DNA of 64,000 bases from an uncultured Bacteroidales bacterium (GTDB lineage: Bacteria > Bacteroidota > Bacteroidia > Bacteroidales > JAADJA01). Positions 49,117-60,420 of the stretch are shown in pieces. Each line of letters begins with the position of its first letter. Position 1 is the stretch's first letter. Where the stretch lies: positions 2,986,588 through 3,050,587 of the forward strand of contig CAVVMO010000004.1 of assembly GCA_963749345.1 (NCBI GenBank). The letters run 5' to 3'. The notes beneath the pieces were generated by a model that made no database searches, was not told where the DNA came from, and saw only the letters and a list, made by a program, of their open reading frames with translations. The translations under genes were made by a program, and so were the position numbers.

Positions 49117-51471
49117 TTATTCATACTTCAACGATTTGACAGGATGTTGCTGCGCCGTCCTGATGGCCTGGTAGCTCACTGTCAGCATAGCAATCAGTAA
49201 TGAAATGACTGCAGTTAAAAGGAATATCCATGTTGACAATCGCGTGTGGTAGGCATAACCGAGCAGCCAGCGGTTCATAGCATAATATGCCAGCGGCCAG
49301 GCGATGAGGTTGGCGATGATGACCCATTTCATGAATTCGCCTGAAAGGGCAGTGAATATATTGTAAATATTTGCACCCAGCACTTTGCGTACTCCAACCT
49401 CTTTGGTGCGCTGTTCTGCTATAAATGCGGCCAATCCGAACAATCCAAGGCAGGAGATCAGGATGGTTAATATTGAAAAATACCTGAATATCTTTCCCAG
49501 CTTTTCTTCCGACCTGTAAAGTTCCTGATAGGAATCATCAAGGTATTTATACTCAAAGGGAAATCCCGGATTGGCTTTTTCCCAGCTATTTCTCATGTAA
49601 TCGAGGGTTTGTTCCTGGTTATTGCCGGTCAATTTGGTGAAAATGATATCACAATATTTTGGGGCATAAACAATGACAAGAGGGCTAATCTCGCTGGTCA
49701 TGTCGAGGAAATGAAAATCTTCAACTACGCCGATGATAGTGAATTTCGTTCCGTTCCAGGACATCCATTTGCCGATTGGATCCTGCATTCCCATAAGGGT
49801 TGCCGTTTTCTGGTTAATCAGGATTGATAAACTGTCGGTACTGAAGGAAGGATCGAAATCCCTGCCGGCAACTACTTTCATTCCAAATGTTTGGCTATAG
49901 CCGAAATCAGTAAAGCCAAAACCGATCAGCACTTCATCTTTTGTATCGCGGCCTTCCCAATCAAAACCTCCGCTGTTGCTTCCTATATCAAATGGCAATG
50001 AATTCGCCCTTGTTACAACGGTAATATTCGGATTTTGGAGAAATTCATTCTTTAGAATTTCATATTTTTCAACGGATTTACCTTGCATGGATGCAAAAAC
50101 AACATTTTCCCTGTCCATCCCGGTTTTTTTATCACGGATATAAGCAAGTTGTTTGTAAACCACGATGGTGCAAATGATCATGATGACGGAAAGGGTGAAC
50201 TGGAACACGACAAGAATTCGGCGAAAGTTTGAACTGCCTTTTCCTTTTCCAGGTAATTTCCGCAAGGCTGCTATCGGATTCAGTGACGAAAGATAAAATG
50301 CCGGGTAGCTTCCCGCCAGAATACCCACAAAAATGATGATGCCTACGAGAGTAGTTGCGAAGTTTAAATCACGCCAGTCAAAAGAAAGAGACTTGTCTGA
50401 TAGTTGATTGAATCCGGGAAGGAAAAAATTAACGAGTACAATTGAAACAATAAAGGCCACCACCGTGATCAGCATCGATTCCCCGATAAACTGAATAATG
50501 ATCTGTTGACGTCCGGCACCGGCAGCCTTTCGCAGTCCTATTTCACGGCTGCGGCGTGCTGCCCTTGCTGTTGAAAGGTTCATGAAATTGATGCATGCGA
50601 TGACAAGAATGAATAGCGCTATTATTGAAAAAATGTACACATACTTTATATCCCCGCTATACGCTCCAAAGGAATAGAGATGGATTTTTGTCAATGGAAA
50701 AAGAAATAGGTCAACGGCAGCTTCAGAAGGATCGTCTTCGTCCTGAGATTTCAGCATAAGATAATTTTTTATCTTTTCATTTACAGTTTGGTAATCAGCA
50801 CCCGGAGACAGTTCAACATAGCAATGATAAGTGTTCCATCCATATTTGTCAACAGTAAAACCGAAATTCTCAATGTATTCAAAAGGGATGCAGACATCAA
50901 AACGGAAGCTTGAATTGGTTGGTGTTTCAGCTATAACTCCGCTCACTTTGAAGGGATGTTCCCCGTTTATAGTAAGTACTTTCCCGAGGGGATTTTCGTT
51001 GCCAAAATACTTCGTCGCTATTTTATCGGTTATAACGACGGAATTCAGGTCATTAAAAACATTATTGGGGTCGCCTTTCAGGAAGGTGAATGTGAACATG
51101 TTGAATAATTCCCGGTCTGCCAGCCTGATATTTTCCCGGAAAACTCTGTCCTCGTAATTGATAACTCCTGTAATTACAAAATACATAAAACTGTTAACAA
51201 TGTCAGGAAAATCCTTGTGCACATCAGCACCAATTAAGCCGGGCATACATGCAGTGGTTAAAGGACCTGAACTATAGTGCTGGGTTTGCACAAGGCGATA
51301 TAATCGGTCAGCCTTTTCGTTGAACCTATCGTAACTCAGTTCGTGGCGAACCCAGAGCATAATCAGGATAAAACAAGCCATTCCAACTCCAAGACCTACG
51401 ATGTTAATAGCTGAAAATCCTTTTTGCCTTATCAGGTTTCGGATTGCGATGAGAAGGTAATTTCTAAACAT
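49117..51471 (-). CDS. ABC transporter permease, FtsX/MacB-like (duplicated FtsX domain)
   Basis: 784 aa. N-terminal TM helix, large periplasmic domain, 3 TM helices, second periplasmic domain, 3 TM helices. Confidence 0.8.
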   Translation of the reverse strand: MFRNYLLIAIRNLIRQKGFSAINIVGLGVGMACFILIMLWVRHELSYDRFNEKADRLYRLVQTQHYSSGPLTTACMPGLIGADVHKDFPDIVNSFMYFVITGVINYEDRVFRENIRLADRELFNMFTFTFLKGDPNNVFNDLNSVVITDKIATKYFGNENPLGKVLTINGEHPFKVSGVIAETPTNSSFRFDVCIPFEYIENFGFTVDKYGWNTYHCYVELSPGADYQTVNEKIKNYLMLKSQDEDDPSEAAVDLFLFPLTKIHLYSFGAYSGDIKYVYIFSIIALFILVIACINFMNLSTARAARRSREIGLRKAAGAGRQQIIIQFIGESMLITVVAFIVSIVLVNFFLPGFNQLSDKSLSFDWRDLNFATTLVGIIIFVGILAGSYPAFYLSSLNPIAALRKLPGKGKGSSNFRRILVVFQFTLSVIMIICTIVVYKQLAYIRDKKTGMDRENVVFASMQGKSVEKYEILKNEFLQNPNITVVTRANSLPFDIGSNSGGFDWEGRDTKDEVLIGFGFTDFGYSQTFGMKVVAGRDFDPSFSTDSLSILINQKTATLMGMQDPIGKWMSWNGTKFTIIGVVEDFHFLDMTSEISPLVIVYAPKYCDIIFTKLTGNNQEQTLDYMRNSWEKANPGFPFEYKYLDDSYQELYRSEEKLGKIFRYFSILTILISCLGLFGLAAFIAEQRTKEVGVRKVLGANIYNIFTALSGEFMKWVIIANLIAWPLAYYAMNRWLLGYAYHTRLSTWIFLLTAVISLLIAMLTVSYQAIRTAQQHPVKSLKYE

Positions 51472-51577
51472 AAAACTTCGGATAGTTATATAGTTAATGA
51501 CGACAATTAAAAGAGATTGTTACCGGATTGTCGTTATTTGGGATTCTTTAATGCTTTTTCTGAAGCTGAATAATAAA

Positions 51578-51608
51578 GGGTTACCGACTCAAAATTGCCA
51601 GGTAACCC
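51578..51608 (-). terminator. Rho-independent terminator after the esterase gene
   Basis: GGGTTACC...GGTAACCC stem, followed on the minus strand by TTTATTATT. Confidence 0.5.
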
Positions 51609-51636
51609 CTATAAAAAAACTTATGCCTATGAAATA

Positions 51637-52821
51637 TTATTTTTCTGCAAGTAATTTCTGTACCCGTTTCAGATTTTCTTTGTAAACCTGTGTGAATTCA
51701 TTGGGCTTTTTATCTGAAAGAGCCACAGCCTTGTCATAGTTCTTCTCAGCTTCGGCATACTTAGAGCTTTTTTCAAATGCCTCACCCAGGCTGTCATAAA
51801 CATTGGCCGATTCAGGATAACGCTTGACATTTTCCTTAAATACTTCAATGGCTTTTTCAAATTCTTTATTACCCAGGTATTGGTATCCCAACAGGTTGAT
51901 GACATACTCGGGTGTTTTGGTTTCGTACCCGAATTTGTTAGTTAATGTTTTATAATGTGCATCAATGCTTGCAAGCCCTTCTTTATACATGCCGTCTGGT
52001 ATTTTCCATCCGTCGTAAATGGCTTTAAAGCCATTGTACATACTCAGGTGGGGGATTGAACCATGATCTTCATCTTTCATATATTCGTATTGAAAGGTCA
52101 ATCCTGTGGGTGCTGCGGTTTTAATCATTTGGGCAAATTTTTCCACATTAGGGATAAACTCAGGCTCATTTCCCAGCGTCATGTAGAAAAATTTATTTTT
52201 ATAACCGGATTTCAATTTTTCACCCGTTTGCTTAATAAGCATGTTATCATCCCATGCCAGGTAAGGGCTAATGGAAATGTAGCCATCGAAAAGGTCAGGA
52301 TTATTCAGGAAAGCATAGGTTGCAAAAGTGCCTCCGAGTGAATGCCCGACTAAAATACTGTATGGTTCTGTCCGGTAAGTTTTGTCGATGTATGGTTTTA
52401 ATTCATCCTTTATGAAAGAGGCGAATTTATCAGCACCACCGCCATTCTTAATTTTAGCATCCGGTGTGGGAGTGAAATCTCTGCCGCGGTCGACATTGAC
52501 AATGCCTACAACGATCGCCTGGGGCATTATTCCCTGGCCGGAAAGAAACTGAACCATTCCGCTTGCATGAAGGAAGTGATATCCCCCATCCAGAAGATAA
52601 ATGACGGGATACTCTGATGCTATCAGGTTATAACCATCAGGTAAATACACAAGTAAATTACGTTCTTCATTCAGAACTTTTGATTGAATGGTGACTTTTT
52701 CACCAATGGAGATTTTGTTGTCACCGGCTTTTGCATTTGACGCTGCACCGGTAAGGAAGATTGCTGTTAAAACTATCAGCAACACCTTCATGATTGCATT
52801 CATTGATTTTTTAGTTTTCAT
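51637..52821 (-). CDS. Alpha/beta hydrolase (putative esterase family) with C-terminal TPR
   Basis: Signal peptide. GHSLGG nucleophile elbow. C-terminal AIEVFKENVKRYPESANVYDSLGEAFEK... Confidence 0.75.
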   Translation of the reverse strand: MKTKKSMNAIMKVLLIVLTAIFLTGAASNAKAGDNKISIGEKVTIQSKVLNEERNLLVYLPDGYNLIASEYPVIYLLDGGYHFLHASGMVQFLSGQGIMPQAIVVGIVNVDRGRDFTPTPDAKIKNGGGADKFASFIKDELKPYIDKTYRTEPYSILVGHSLGGTFATYAFLNNPDLFDGYISISPYLAWDDNMLIKQTGEKLKSGYKNKFFYMTLGNEPEFIPNVEKFAQMIKTAAPTGLTFQYEYMKDEDHGSIPHLSMYNGFKAIYDGWKIPDGMYKEGLASIDAHYKTLTNKFGYETKTPEYVINLLGYQYLGNKEFEKAIEVFKENVKRYPESANVYDSLGEAFEKSSKYAEAEKNYDKAVALSDKKPNEFTQVYKENLKRVQKLLAEK

Positions 52822-52856
52822 CGTTTTTTGTTTTTAGTTATTATTAAATCGCATTC

Positions 52857-55022
52857 TTAAAGTTTAATGATCTTTCTATGCTCATAGTGATTTCCTGAGC
52901 GAATATTTATAAAAAAAACTCCGCTGCGAACGGTGGTTCCTTCATTGTTTTTTCCATCCCATGAAAATGAAGATATTGGAAAGTCGAAATAGAGGTCTTT
53001 AATTACTTTACCATTGATATCAAAAACGGTAACTTCAATATCCGATCCTGAATTATCAATTATTTCCACATTGATTTGCTCATTGAATGGATTGGGAAAT
53101 ATATCCTTTATAAAACTATCACTGATTATATTTTCCTTTATTTCAGTACCTGTAACCATGACAAAGTCAACGGTGCTGCCGCCATAATTTGGAATTGCAA
53201 GAATGTTGTTCTGCTGGTTGTATTCAAGCCCTGCAGGCTGGTTGTGCCCGGATGAGACAATATCGTAATCACCACTTAGTCCATAAAAATACCTGACTAT
53301 CCTCCCGGGTGACTGATGAGAGGCAAGGTACACATTTCCAAACTGGTCCATCGTGATTCCATCGTAATTACTGAAGTTTGTTGGATAATTCGTGACCGAT
53401 GAATCGGCAAGACTGATGGCCTGAATGGGAGCATTGGAAGCATAACCGATTGCCAACAGCCGGTTGTTGACCTGATCAAAAACAATATCCTGGGTCCAGT
53501 TAGTTAAACCAGATGTTCTGAATAAGGACACTGTCTGGGTTTCAAGGTATATCTTGTAGATCCTGCCCCATGTATCGACAACAAACAGATGCCCGTCATT
53601 GTCATAGGCCAGTCCGTCAGGATTTCCAACTGTGTTTAACGCCTGGAAGAAAACCTGTTCCTTTGTTTCCAGGTCAAAACCCAGTACACCCGAGTTTTCC
53701 TCAGATACATATAAAACTCCTTCGGCAATGCACATACCCAAAGGGTCTTCAATATTTGTTACGAAATATTGCGCCATACCCAAATAATCAACTTCAGAAA
53801 TATATCCGGGGGCATTGGGGCCACCAGTGCTTGAAATAAGCCAGCGTTGATGGGCATAATCATATACACAACTTTCAGGATGATTATATGGATTTGGATT
53901 GAGCAGTTTGTTTTCGAACCATGAAATTTTATTCGATCCGTATCCGATCGCAACAAAGTCATTATCGTTATCATTATCCATTTTAGCCGGAATGATGCAG
54001 AAAGCCTGAGTAAAACCTCCATCAATATTGATTTTGGTGAATTCTTGATTTCCATTGTTTTGCCACCATGCAAGATTTGGAGCAGACTGGCCTGCTCCGA
54101 ATAAATCCCGGTCTCCATCGTTGTCCACGTCTGTTGCATCAAGCCATAAAGCTCCTCCAAAATTGGGTAAGGCATGTTTAATAAATACCCCCTGCCCGTT
54201 GTTCTCATACCATGCAATTTTACTGCTAATGCAGGCCGAAGCCAGAATGTCGCCGTCACCATCCAAATCAACATCACGGGCAATAACAGTATGGACAGCA
54301 TCCATCAGGCTATCGATCATGTGTTCATCAAAGTTTTCGGCTCCGGTATTCTCCCACCAAAGTATTTCATCATCCTGTTCACCACATGCAATTACATCAA
54401 GGTCATTATCCCCATCCATATCGTCGCCGTAAATAAACGGTGAAGTCTGGAAACGGTCAGAGATCAGGTGTTTCGTCCAAACCACCGGATTCTGGCCATC
54501 ATTTTCATACCAGGCGATTTCACTTTCAAAGTTGATATTATCAAACCCTGAACAGAGAATGTCAGGATGATTATCGTCGTTTACATCCTTTATATCAATG
54601 GTATGCGCTCCGGCAAAATCAGCGTCAACAATGGATTCAGCAAATGTGTTATCCCCATTATTTTGCAATAAGATGATACTGTTTTCCTCAATAGCGGCTA
54701 CAATCAGATCAGTTTTATTGTCGGCATTCATATCATGTGCTCTAACACTCCTGAGTTTACCTGCATTGTCAAGAATTACAACTTTTGTGAATTCATTGAA
54801 TCCGTTGTTCTTCCACCAGGCTACTTCAGCATTTACATGCCAGTTCACCGAAATGATGTCTTTATCCCCATCCAAATCAAGATCATTGACAATCACATCC
54901 ACTCCGGCAGGGAAATTTGATGTAACCTGATGCTGAATAAATTCAGGTTGCGACTGGGTAATGAACATGCAACATGATAAAGCAATGATGAGTGATCCTT
55001 TAAATTTGTCTGTTGTTTTCAT
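52857..55022 (-). CDS. FG-GAP/VCBS-repeat plus NHL/SMP-30-like propeller protein with T9SS CTD
   Basis: Repeated D(L/V)DGD.D / DVDNDGDRD calcium-binding motifs. C-terminus IFPNPFNEQINVEI...GVFFINIRSGNHYEHRKIIKL. Confidence 0.8.
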   Translation of the reverse strand: MKTTDKFKGSLIIALSCCMFITQSQPEFIQHQVTSNFPAGVDVIVNDLDLDGDKDIISVNWHVNAEVAWWKNNGFNEFTKVVILDNAGKLRSVRAHDMNADNKTDLIVAAIEENSIILLQNNGDNTFAESIVDADFAGAHTIDIKDVNDDNHPDILCSGFDNINFESEIAWYENDGQNPVVWTKHLISDRFQTSPFIYGDDMDGDNDLDVIACGEQDDEILWWENTGAENFDEHMIDSLMDAVHTVIARDVDLDGDGDILASACISSKIAWYENNGQGVFIKHALPNFGGALWLDATDVDNDGDRDLFGAGQSAPNLAWWQNNGNQEFTKINIDGGFTQAFCIIPAKMDNDNDNDFVAIGYGSNKISWFENKLLNPNPYNHPESCVYDYAHQRWLISSTGGPNAPGYISEVDYLGMAQYFVTNIEDPLGMCIAEGVLYVSEENSGVLGFDLETKEQVFFQALNTVGNPDGLAYDNDGHLFVVDTWGRIYKIYLETQTVSLFRTSGLTNWTQDIVFDQVNNRLLAIGYASNAPIQAISLADSSVTNYPTNFSNYDGITMDQFGNVYLASHQSPGRIVRYFYGLSGDYDIVSSGHNQPAGLEYNQQNNILAIPNYGGSTVDFVMVTGTEIKENIISDSFIKDIFPNPFNEQINVEIIDNSGSDIEVTVFDINGKVIKDLYFDFPISSFSWDGKNNEGTTVRSGVFFINIRSGNHYEHRKIIKL

Positions 55023-55148
55023 AGTTTAAATCTGTTAGTTTGTTTTTGGTTTCAGCCTCCTTCCCCGGGCAGGGAAGGAGGAGTTGATTTGAAACCATTT
55101 TCAGTTGTAGCTGAAATAAAAAAAATGATCATGAAGAGGGATAGTCCA

Positions 55149-57899
55149 TTATAATTTAATCATTCTGTTAACGACAGGTTTTCCGCCACTGAGAATTTTG
55201 ATGTAGTAAATTCCTGCCGTCAGCTCATTGATTTTTAATTCTGCTCTTTGATTTTCGAACCTGACACTTTGCTTGTAAACCAGGCTGCCATTGGCGCTAT
55301 AAATTTCCAGGTCTCGTTTACCATCCTGACCTTTTACATCCTGAATAAAAACGAGGTCCGAAGCAGGATTGGGATAGATAATCAAATCGCCTTCGGCAAG
55401 TTCAGCTATATTAGTTGCCGGATTGTAATTGAAAGAAGTGGTATAAAATCCCCTGCCATGGGTGCCGGCCAGAACAGTATTATCCGTCTTACGAACCTGC
55501 AACATATCCACCCTCACATTGGCAAGGCCTGAGTTATCAGGCTGCCATGTTACATCTGTGCAATGCAGGTTGTTGGATGTCCAGACACCAATCTCTGTTG
55601 CAAGCATAGCGGCCCTCGCGTTCTGGGGCTGGTATATAGCCCACCTGACAGGCATGTCCGGAAGATTTCCTTCTTTTTCTACCCAGCTAACAGCCGCGTC
55701 GTAGCTTTGCCAGACAGATGAGACTCCGTAATTGGAAAAAGTCACAAGGATAGTGTCTTCCGATCCTCCAAAAGCAATACAGGAAACGGCTGCCTGAGGA
55801 AAGGTGGCACTCCCGATTTCGTTAACAATAGGTTCTGCATTGGCATTCATCACCCTGAACATTCTGCCCGATTGCGTTCCGAGGTATAGCGTGGCAGATC
55901 CTATGGTGGAATATTCCGAATATTTTACGCAGGAATACGGCACCGATGAGCCTGTTGCCATGTAAAGAAATTCTCCAGCCACTGGCCCATAGGGAACACC
56001 GGTGATCCGAAGAATACTATCGGCTAAGGTATTGATGGTAGTTACTGCATTTGCATAAATGGTATTCAGGTTATAATCATAATCCACAGAACTGATAAAG
56101 TTACCGCTTGCCCATTGAGTGGCATTATTTTGAAGCTGATAGTTTCCAAAAAGGAAAAACCTGTTATTTTGGTATGAGGTGATAAAAACATCAGGTTCGT
56201 TTTGATCGATAAAACAGGCACCTCCATCTCCACCTGTCACACGGTTATTGTTACCGATGGGGGTTCCGTCGTAATATATTGTTCCGTTATCCTGCATTCC
56301 TGCCAGGTAAAAAATTGTTCCGGATACCGGATGGAGGGCACATTTGTACATCTGCAGAGTATTAAAACCTTCGCTTCGTTCCTGAAAGGTGATTGTATTT
56401 AATGATCCATTAAAGGTATAGAAAATTCCACCGTCAGAAGCAACAACAAACTTGTCAGATGATCCTTGCTGGAAAAGAACCCTGTGCAGATCGGCATGGA
56501 TATAATTAGTACCACCCACTGCTGTCCAGTTCGATTTTTTTGACCAGTTCAATCCCGCGTTGTCTGATCTCCACAGGTCAAGTCCGCCAATGTAAACTTT
56601 GTCGGGATTGTTAGGATCCACCGCTGCAGTAAGTGCATGCCAGGCAATATAAGCCCAGTTTCCGTTTGCTCCTGCTGGTGGAATATTCGTGGTCTGCCAA
56701 GTCACTCCTTTATCGTCTGAACGGGCTATAATATGACATTCATAACCCGGAAGTCCATAAAAATAACCCTGAGCAACCAACGCATATACCCGGTTCGCAT
56801 CCGATGGCGCGGCAGCAAGAATTACCCTTCCGGGTAAATCGAATCCGGGTGTATTTTCGATTATCAGTTTATATTCTTCATTTACAGACCAACTATCCGG
56901 TAAAGCATTATCTGAATGTAATATAGTAGCGCCACCGTCACCTTCCACATTCGGCATAGTACCCACAAACATCCTTCCATCGGCGCCTATTTCAATGTCG
57001 GATGGCGAATAAGGAACTTCAAGACCGGTAATATTGGGTAACACTTGTTCCCATGTTCCTGAACCAATAACCATGCGGAACAGTCCGTCGGAGGGTTCGC
57101 TTAAATGCTGAGTACCTTTATAAACTCCTGATGCAACCCCCGCATAAATGACACTGGTGCCATTTTCATTTCTGACCTCAATATCTGTAATGTATTCAAA
57201 TTCTTCCGTCCCAGTCATCACATTCCATGTTAGCCCGGCATCTGACGACTTCATAATCCCGAAACCAAGACCGGAAGATTCCCGGTAAATGATCAGGGCA
57301 GTTTGTGCTTCACCGGTTCCTACATAAAAAGTCTGTGGATCATTGGGGTCATAAGTTATGCAGCTAACGGCCAGGTCGGGCCAGAAATCATCCACAGGTA
57401 CCCACAGGTCGTTTTCGTTGGTAATATCTTCACGATACCACAGACCTCCGGTAACGCCTCCGGCCCAGACTTTCCGGTTCATTGGATCATTCGGATCCCA
57501 CATGATTGCCCTGACCCTGCCTCCGATATTTGCAACTGTGCCTTGCCATTCCAGCGGAGTAAAGGATTTGTCCAACGGCTCCTTTTCAAGGGCTTCGGTT
57601 TCCATATAGGCGTCCTTAAGCCTTTCCCTGGGAACCCTTTCCAGCTTGGGGTCCACTGTCATCAGGTAATCCTGCAATGCCGCCAAATCAGGCGAATCGG
57701 ATTTTAATCCGTCTGGTGTTTTTACCTTATCCTCGGAGAAAAATTCTGCCATCCGCTGATTCAGGAATTTTTCAAATTTTTCCCGTTCAACCATTTTCGT
57801 GACCTGGCTGAACCAGTCAAAATTCCAGCAAAGACAAATGAGGCTGATTCCCAGAGAAGGTATCAACCAATACACGATTTTTATTAAAGCAGTTTTCAT
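55149..57899 (-). CDS. BNR/Asp-box repeat (sortilin/Vps10-like) protein with T9SS CTD
   Basis: Asp-boxes SSDAGLTW, SDDKGVTW, RSDNAGLNW, SYDAAVSW. CTD IIYPNPASDLVFIQ...GIYYIKILSGGKPVVNRMIKL. Confidence 0.8.
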   Translation of the reverse strand: MKTALIKIVYWLIPSLGISLICLCWNFDWFSQVTKMVEREKFEKFLNQRMAEFFSEDKVKTPDGLKSDSPDLAALQDYLMTVDPKLERVPRERLKDAYMETEALEKEPLDKSFTPLEWQGTVANIGGRVRAIMWDPNDPMNRKVWAGGVTGGLWYREDITNENDLWVPVDDFWPDLAVSCITYDPNDPQTFYVGTGEAQTALIIYRESSGLGFGIMKSSDAGLTWNVMTGTEEFEYITDIEVRNENGTSVIYAGVASGVYKGTQHLSEPSDGLFRMVIGSGTWEQVLPNITGLEVPYSPSDIEIGADGRMFVGTMPNVEGDGGATILHSDNALPDSWSVNEEYKLIIENTPGFDLPGRVILAAAPSDANRVYALVAQGYFYGLPGYECHIIARSDDKGVTWQTTNIPPAGANGNWAYIAWHALTAAVDPNNPDKVYIGGLDLWRSDNAGLNWSKKSNWTAVGGTNYIHADLHRVLFQQGSSDKFVVASDGGIFYTFNGSLNTITFQERSEGFNTLQMYKCALHPVSGTIFYLAGMQDNGTIYYDGTPIGNNNRVTGGDGGACFIDQNEPDVFITSYQNNRFFLFGNYQLQNNATQWASGNFISSVDYDYNLNTIYANAVTTINTLADSILRITGVPYGPVAGEFLYMATGSSVPYSCVKYSEYSTIGSATLYLGTQSGRMFRVMNANAEPIVNEIGSATFPQAAVSCIAFGGSEDTILVTFSNYGVSSVWQSYDAAVSWVEKEGNLPDMPVRWAIYQPQNARAAMLATEIGVWTSNNLHCTDVTWQPDNSGLANVRVDMLQVRKTDNTVLAGTHGRGFYTTSFNYNPATNIAELAEGDLIIYPNPASDLVFIQDVKGQDGKRDLEIYSANGSLVYKQSVRFENQRAELKINELTAGIYYIKILSGGKPVVNRMIKL

Positions 57900-58179
57900 G
57901 GTTTAAATTATTTCCTGGTTTGAAATCATCATGCAATTTTAAATTCGGACTGAAATTAATATCAACATATAAATTATAGTATGGTAAATTTACAAACCTG
58001 TTGTTTCAGTTTATCATTGGTTGAATCAGGCTAATAATTGTTTGCCTTTCTGAACTGTTCAGTTTTAAAAAGGTGAATAATAACAATCCAGGCTTTTATA
58101 GTAATTTGGTATTTATATTTGCAAAATTGCAACCCTCGTAAAATTCATTTGTCATTAACCCTGAAATACAAAGAAAGAA

Positions 58180-58740
58180 TTGGCTGTAGCGGTTCCGGAC
58201 ATACACAGAGAGATCATTGAGAAATGCAAGTCGGGCGACTCTGCGGCTCAGTACAAGCTGTATAGTTTGTATGCAAAAGCCATGTTCAACATTGCTTACA
58301 GGATGATGAATAACAAGGAAGAAGCGGAAGATATGCTACAGGAATCGTTTACGGATGCATTTGCCAGGCTAAATTCTTTCAGGTATGAATCAGGCTTCGG
58401 ATCGTGGATGAAAAGGATAGTGATCAACCACTGCCTGAACGAAATCAAGAGGCGAAAGGCCGACTTGCAGTTCTTTGAAGATATGAACCTGTTCGATCAG
58501 AAAACGGATGACGACTCAGGCTATGAAGCAGGATTAAGTGTGGAGAATGTGCGTAAAGCCATGGAGCATTTGCCCAATGGCAGCAAGATGATCTTTTCAC
58601 TTTATCTGCTCGAAGGATACGATCACATTGAGATTGCACAAATTTTGAAAATCAGCGAGTCGAACTCGAAATCGCAATATATGCGCGCAAAACAAAAAGT
58701 TAAAGAAGTCTTAAAAGATATAAGCTATGCAACAGGATAA
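58180..58740 (+). CDS. ECF-type RNA polymerase sigma factor
   Basis: Region 2 (EDMLQESFTDAF...WMKRIVINHCLNEIKRRK) and region 4 (IFSLYLLEGYDHIEIAQILKISESNSKSQYMRAKQK). Confidence 0.85.
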   Translation: MAVAVPDIHREIIEKCKSGDSAAQYKLYSLYAKAMFNIAYRMMNNKEEAEDMLQESFTDAFARLNSFRYESGFGSWMKRIVINHCLNEIKRRKADLQFFEDMNLFDQKTDDDSGYEAGLSVENVRKAMEHLPNGSKMIFSLYLLEGYDHIEIAQILKISESNSKSQYMRAKQKVKEVLKDISYATG

Positions 58741-59296
58741 ACTGGAGAAATTCATCATCGAAAACCGGGAAGAGTTTGATGTATTTGAACCCGGTACTGA
58801 ACTTTGGGACCGCATTCAAAAGCCGGCTCCAAAAGTAATCAGGCTGAACTGGAAAACCATCCTTGTGAGGGTAGCGGCAGTTGTCGTCATTTTCATTGCC
58901 TCCTATTTTTTCCATGATATGATGCAGAAAGGTGACAAGAGTGATGTTGCCAGTAATGAGCAGCCACTGGAAAATGAGGATCAGAATAAGGTGAATGTGC
59001 TGATGGAAGCGGAGATGTTTTATACTTCCCAGATCAATACGGCAAAGGAAGAGATCATCCTGTTATCGGGAAATGACAAAGGCCTGATGGATGACCTTAA
59101 TTATGACATGGTAGAACTGGATAAAGTGTTTGATGAACTGAAAAACGACTTAAAAGATAATAGTGACAACGAAGAAGTGATTGAGGCAATGATTCAGAAT
59201 TACAGGATCAGGCTTCAGGTGCTGGAGGAAATCCTCCTTCAGCTGAATAAGTCAAAAAATATTGAGAATGAAAAAAGCAACAGCAATGAAATATAA
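58727..59296 (+). CDS. Putative anti-sigma factor (single TM helix)
   Basis: Overlaps the sigma gene by 14 nt. One TM helix (ILVRVAAVVVIFIASYFF). Confidence 0.55.
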   Translation: MQQDKLEKFIIENREEFDVFEPGTELWDRIQKPAPKVIRLNWKTILVRVAAVVVIFIASYFFHDMMQKGDKSDVASNEQPLENEDQNKVNVLMEAEMFYTSQINTAKEEIILLSGNDKGLMDDLNYDMVELDKVFDELKNDLKDNSDNEEVIEAMIQNYRIRLQVLEEILLQLNKSKNIENEKSNSNEI

Positions 59297-60386
59297 GTTA
59301 ATTGTATTCATAAGCATTTACGGCCTGCTGATTCCTGCTATTGCAAAACCGCAGGTTTTCGAAAGGGATCGTCATGAATCCAAAACCTGGAAGGTTTCGA
59401 AGGAGACGTCGCTGGAGATATACAACAAGTACGGCAACATCCACCTTTTTACCTGGGATAAGGATTCGGTAAGGGTAGATATCGATATGCAGATTAAAGC
59501 CAGCAAGGAAAGCAAGGCCGATAAAATTTACGAATACATCGACTTTGAGTTTTCTGACAATAAATATTATGTCATTGCCCGCACCCGGCTCAACCAGCAG
59601 GGAGAGTTCTGGGCTGAAGTCAGCGACCTGGCCAATACCTTTTTCAGCAGTGGCACCAAGGTGCAGATCGACTATTCCGTTTATTTGCCGCAATCCATCA
59701 ATGTAAAAATTGAGAATAAGTTCGGGAATATTTACACAACTGATCACCTGGGTAAGATGTCGGTGATCCTATCCAATGGCGATTATAAAGCCAACGATTT
59801 GAAAGGAACCGTCGACTTGAACGTCAGTTTTGGGAATGCAACCATCAATTCAATCGAATCGGGCAAGCTGAGCCTTAACTATAGTGAATTAGAGCTTGGA
59901 GTCGCCGGTAATCTTACCATCGAAAGCAAATCTTCAACGCTTAATATTGATAAGGCTGGCACACTGAATATTAATTCCAAAAGGGACAAATATTACATTA
60001 ATCAACTTGAAGTATTGTCAGGTAAAACATCTTTTTCTTATCTGACACTAAAATCATTTAGTTCGGATTTAACCCTGAGCACAGATTACGGCGAGGTCAA
60101 TCTTGAAAGCATCAGTTCCGAATTCAAGCTGATTGACCTGACATCCAATTACACGGATATACTTGTGAGGATCCCGGCACAGGCATCCTATGCAGTTGAT
60201 ATTTCCCACTCTGTATCAACGGTGATCACAGCTCCTGATGATTATTCAGGTATGAAATCGGAAACCATTGATAAAAAGCTTGACCTTTACAAAACGAAAG
60301 GAACGGCCGGGAATGGCCCGCTAAAGAAGGGAAAGATGACGATCAGCAGCAAGTCGGGTAAAATAACATTCAGGGAAGCATTATAA
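59262..60386 (+). CDS. DUF4097-like beta-strand repeat protein (putative adhesin fold)
   Basis: Third gene of the sigma/anti-sigma trio. Repeated ...GN(I/A)xI... strands. The start may be ATG 59286. Confidence 0.5.
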   Translation: MRMKKATAMKYKLIVFISIYGLLIPAIAKPQVFERDRHESKTWKVSKETSLEIYNKYGNIHLFTWDKDSVRVDIDMQIKASKESKADKIYEYIDFEFSDNKYYVIARTRLNQQGEFWAEVSDLANTFFSSGTKVQIDYSVYLPQSINVKIENKFGNIYTTDHLGKMSVILSNGDYKANDLKGTVDLNVSFGNATINSIESGKLSLNYSELELGVAGNLTIESKSSTLNIDKAGTLNINSKRDKYYINQLEVLSGKTSFSYLTLKSFSSDLTLSTDYGEVNLESISSEFKLIDLTSNYTDILVRIPAQASYAVDISHSVSTVITAPDDYSGMKSETIDKKLDLYKTKGTAGNGPLKKGKMTISSKSGKITFREAL

Positions 60387-60420
60387 TTGATTCAAGACTG
60401 AAAAATAAAAAAGAAATAAA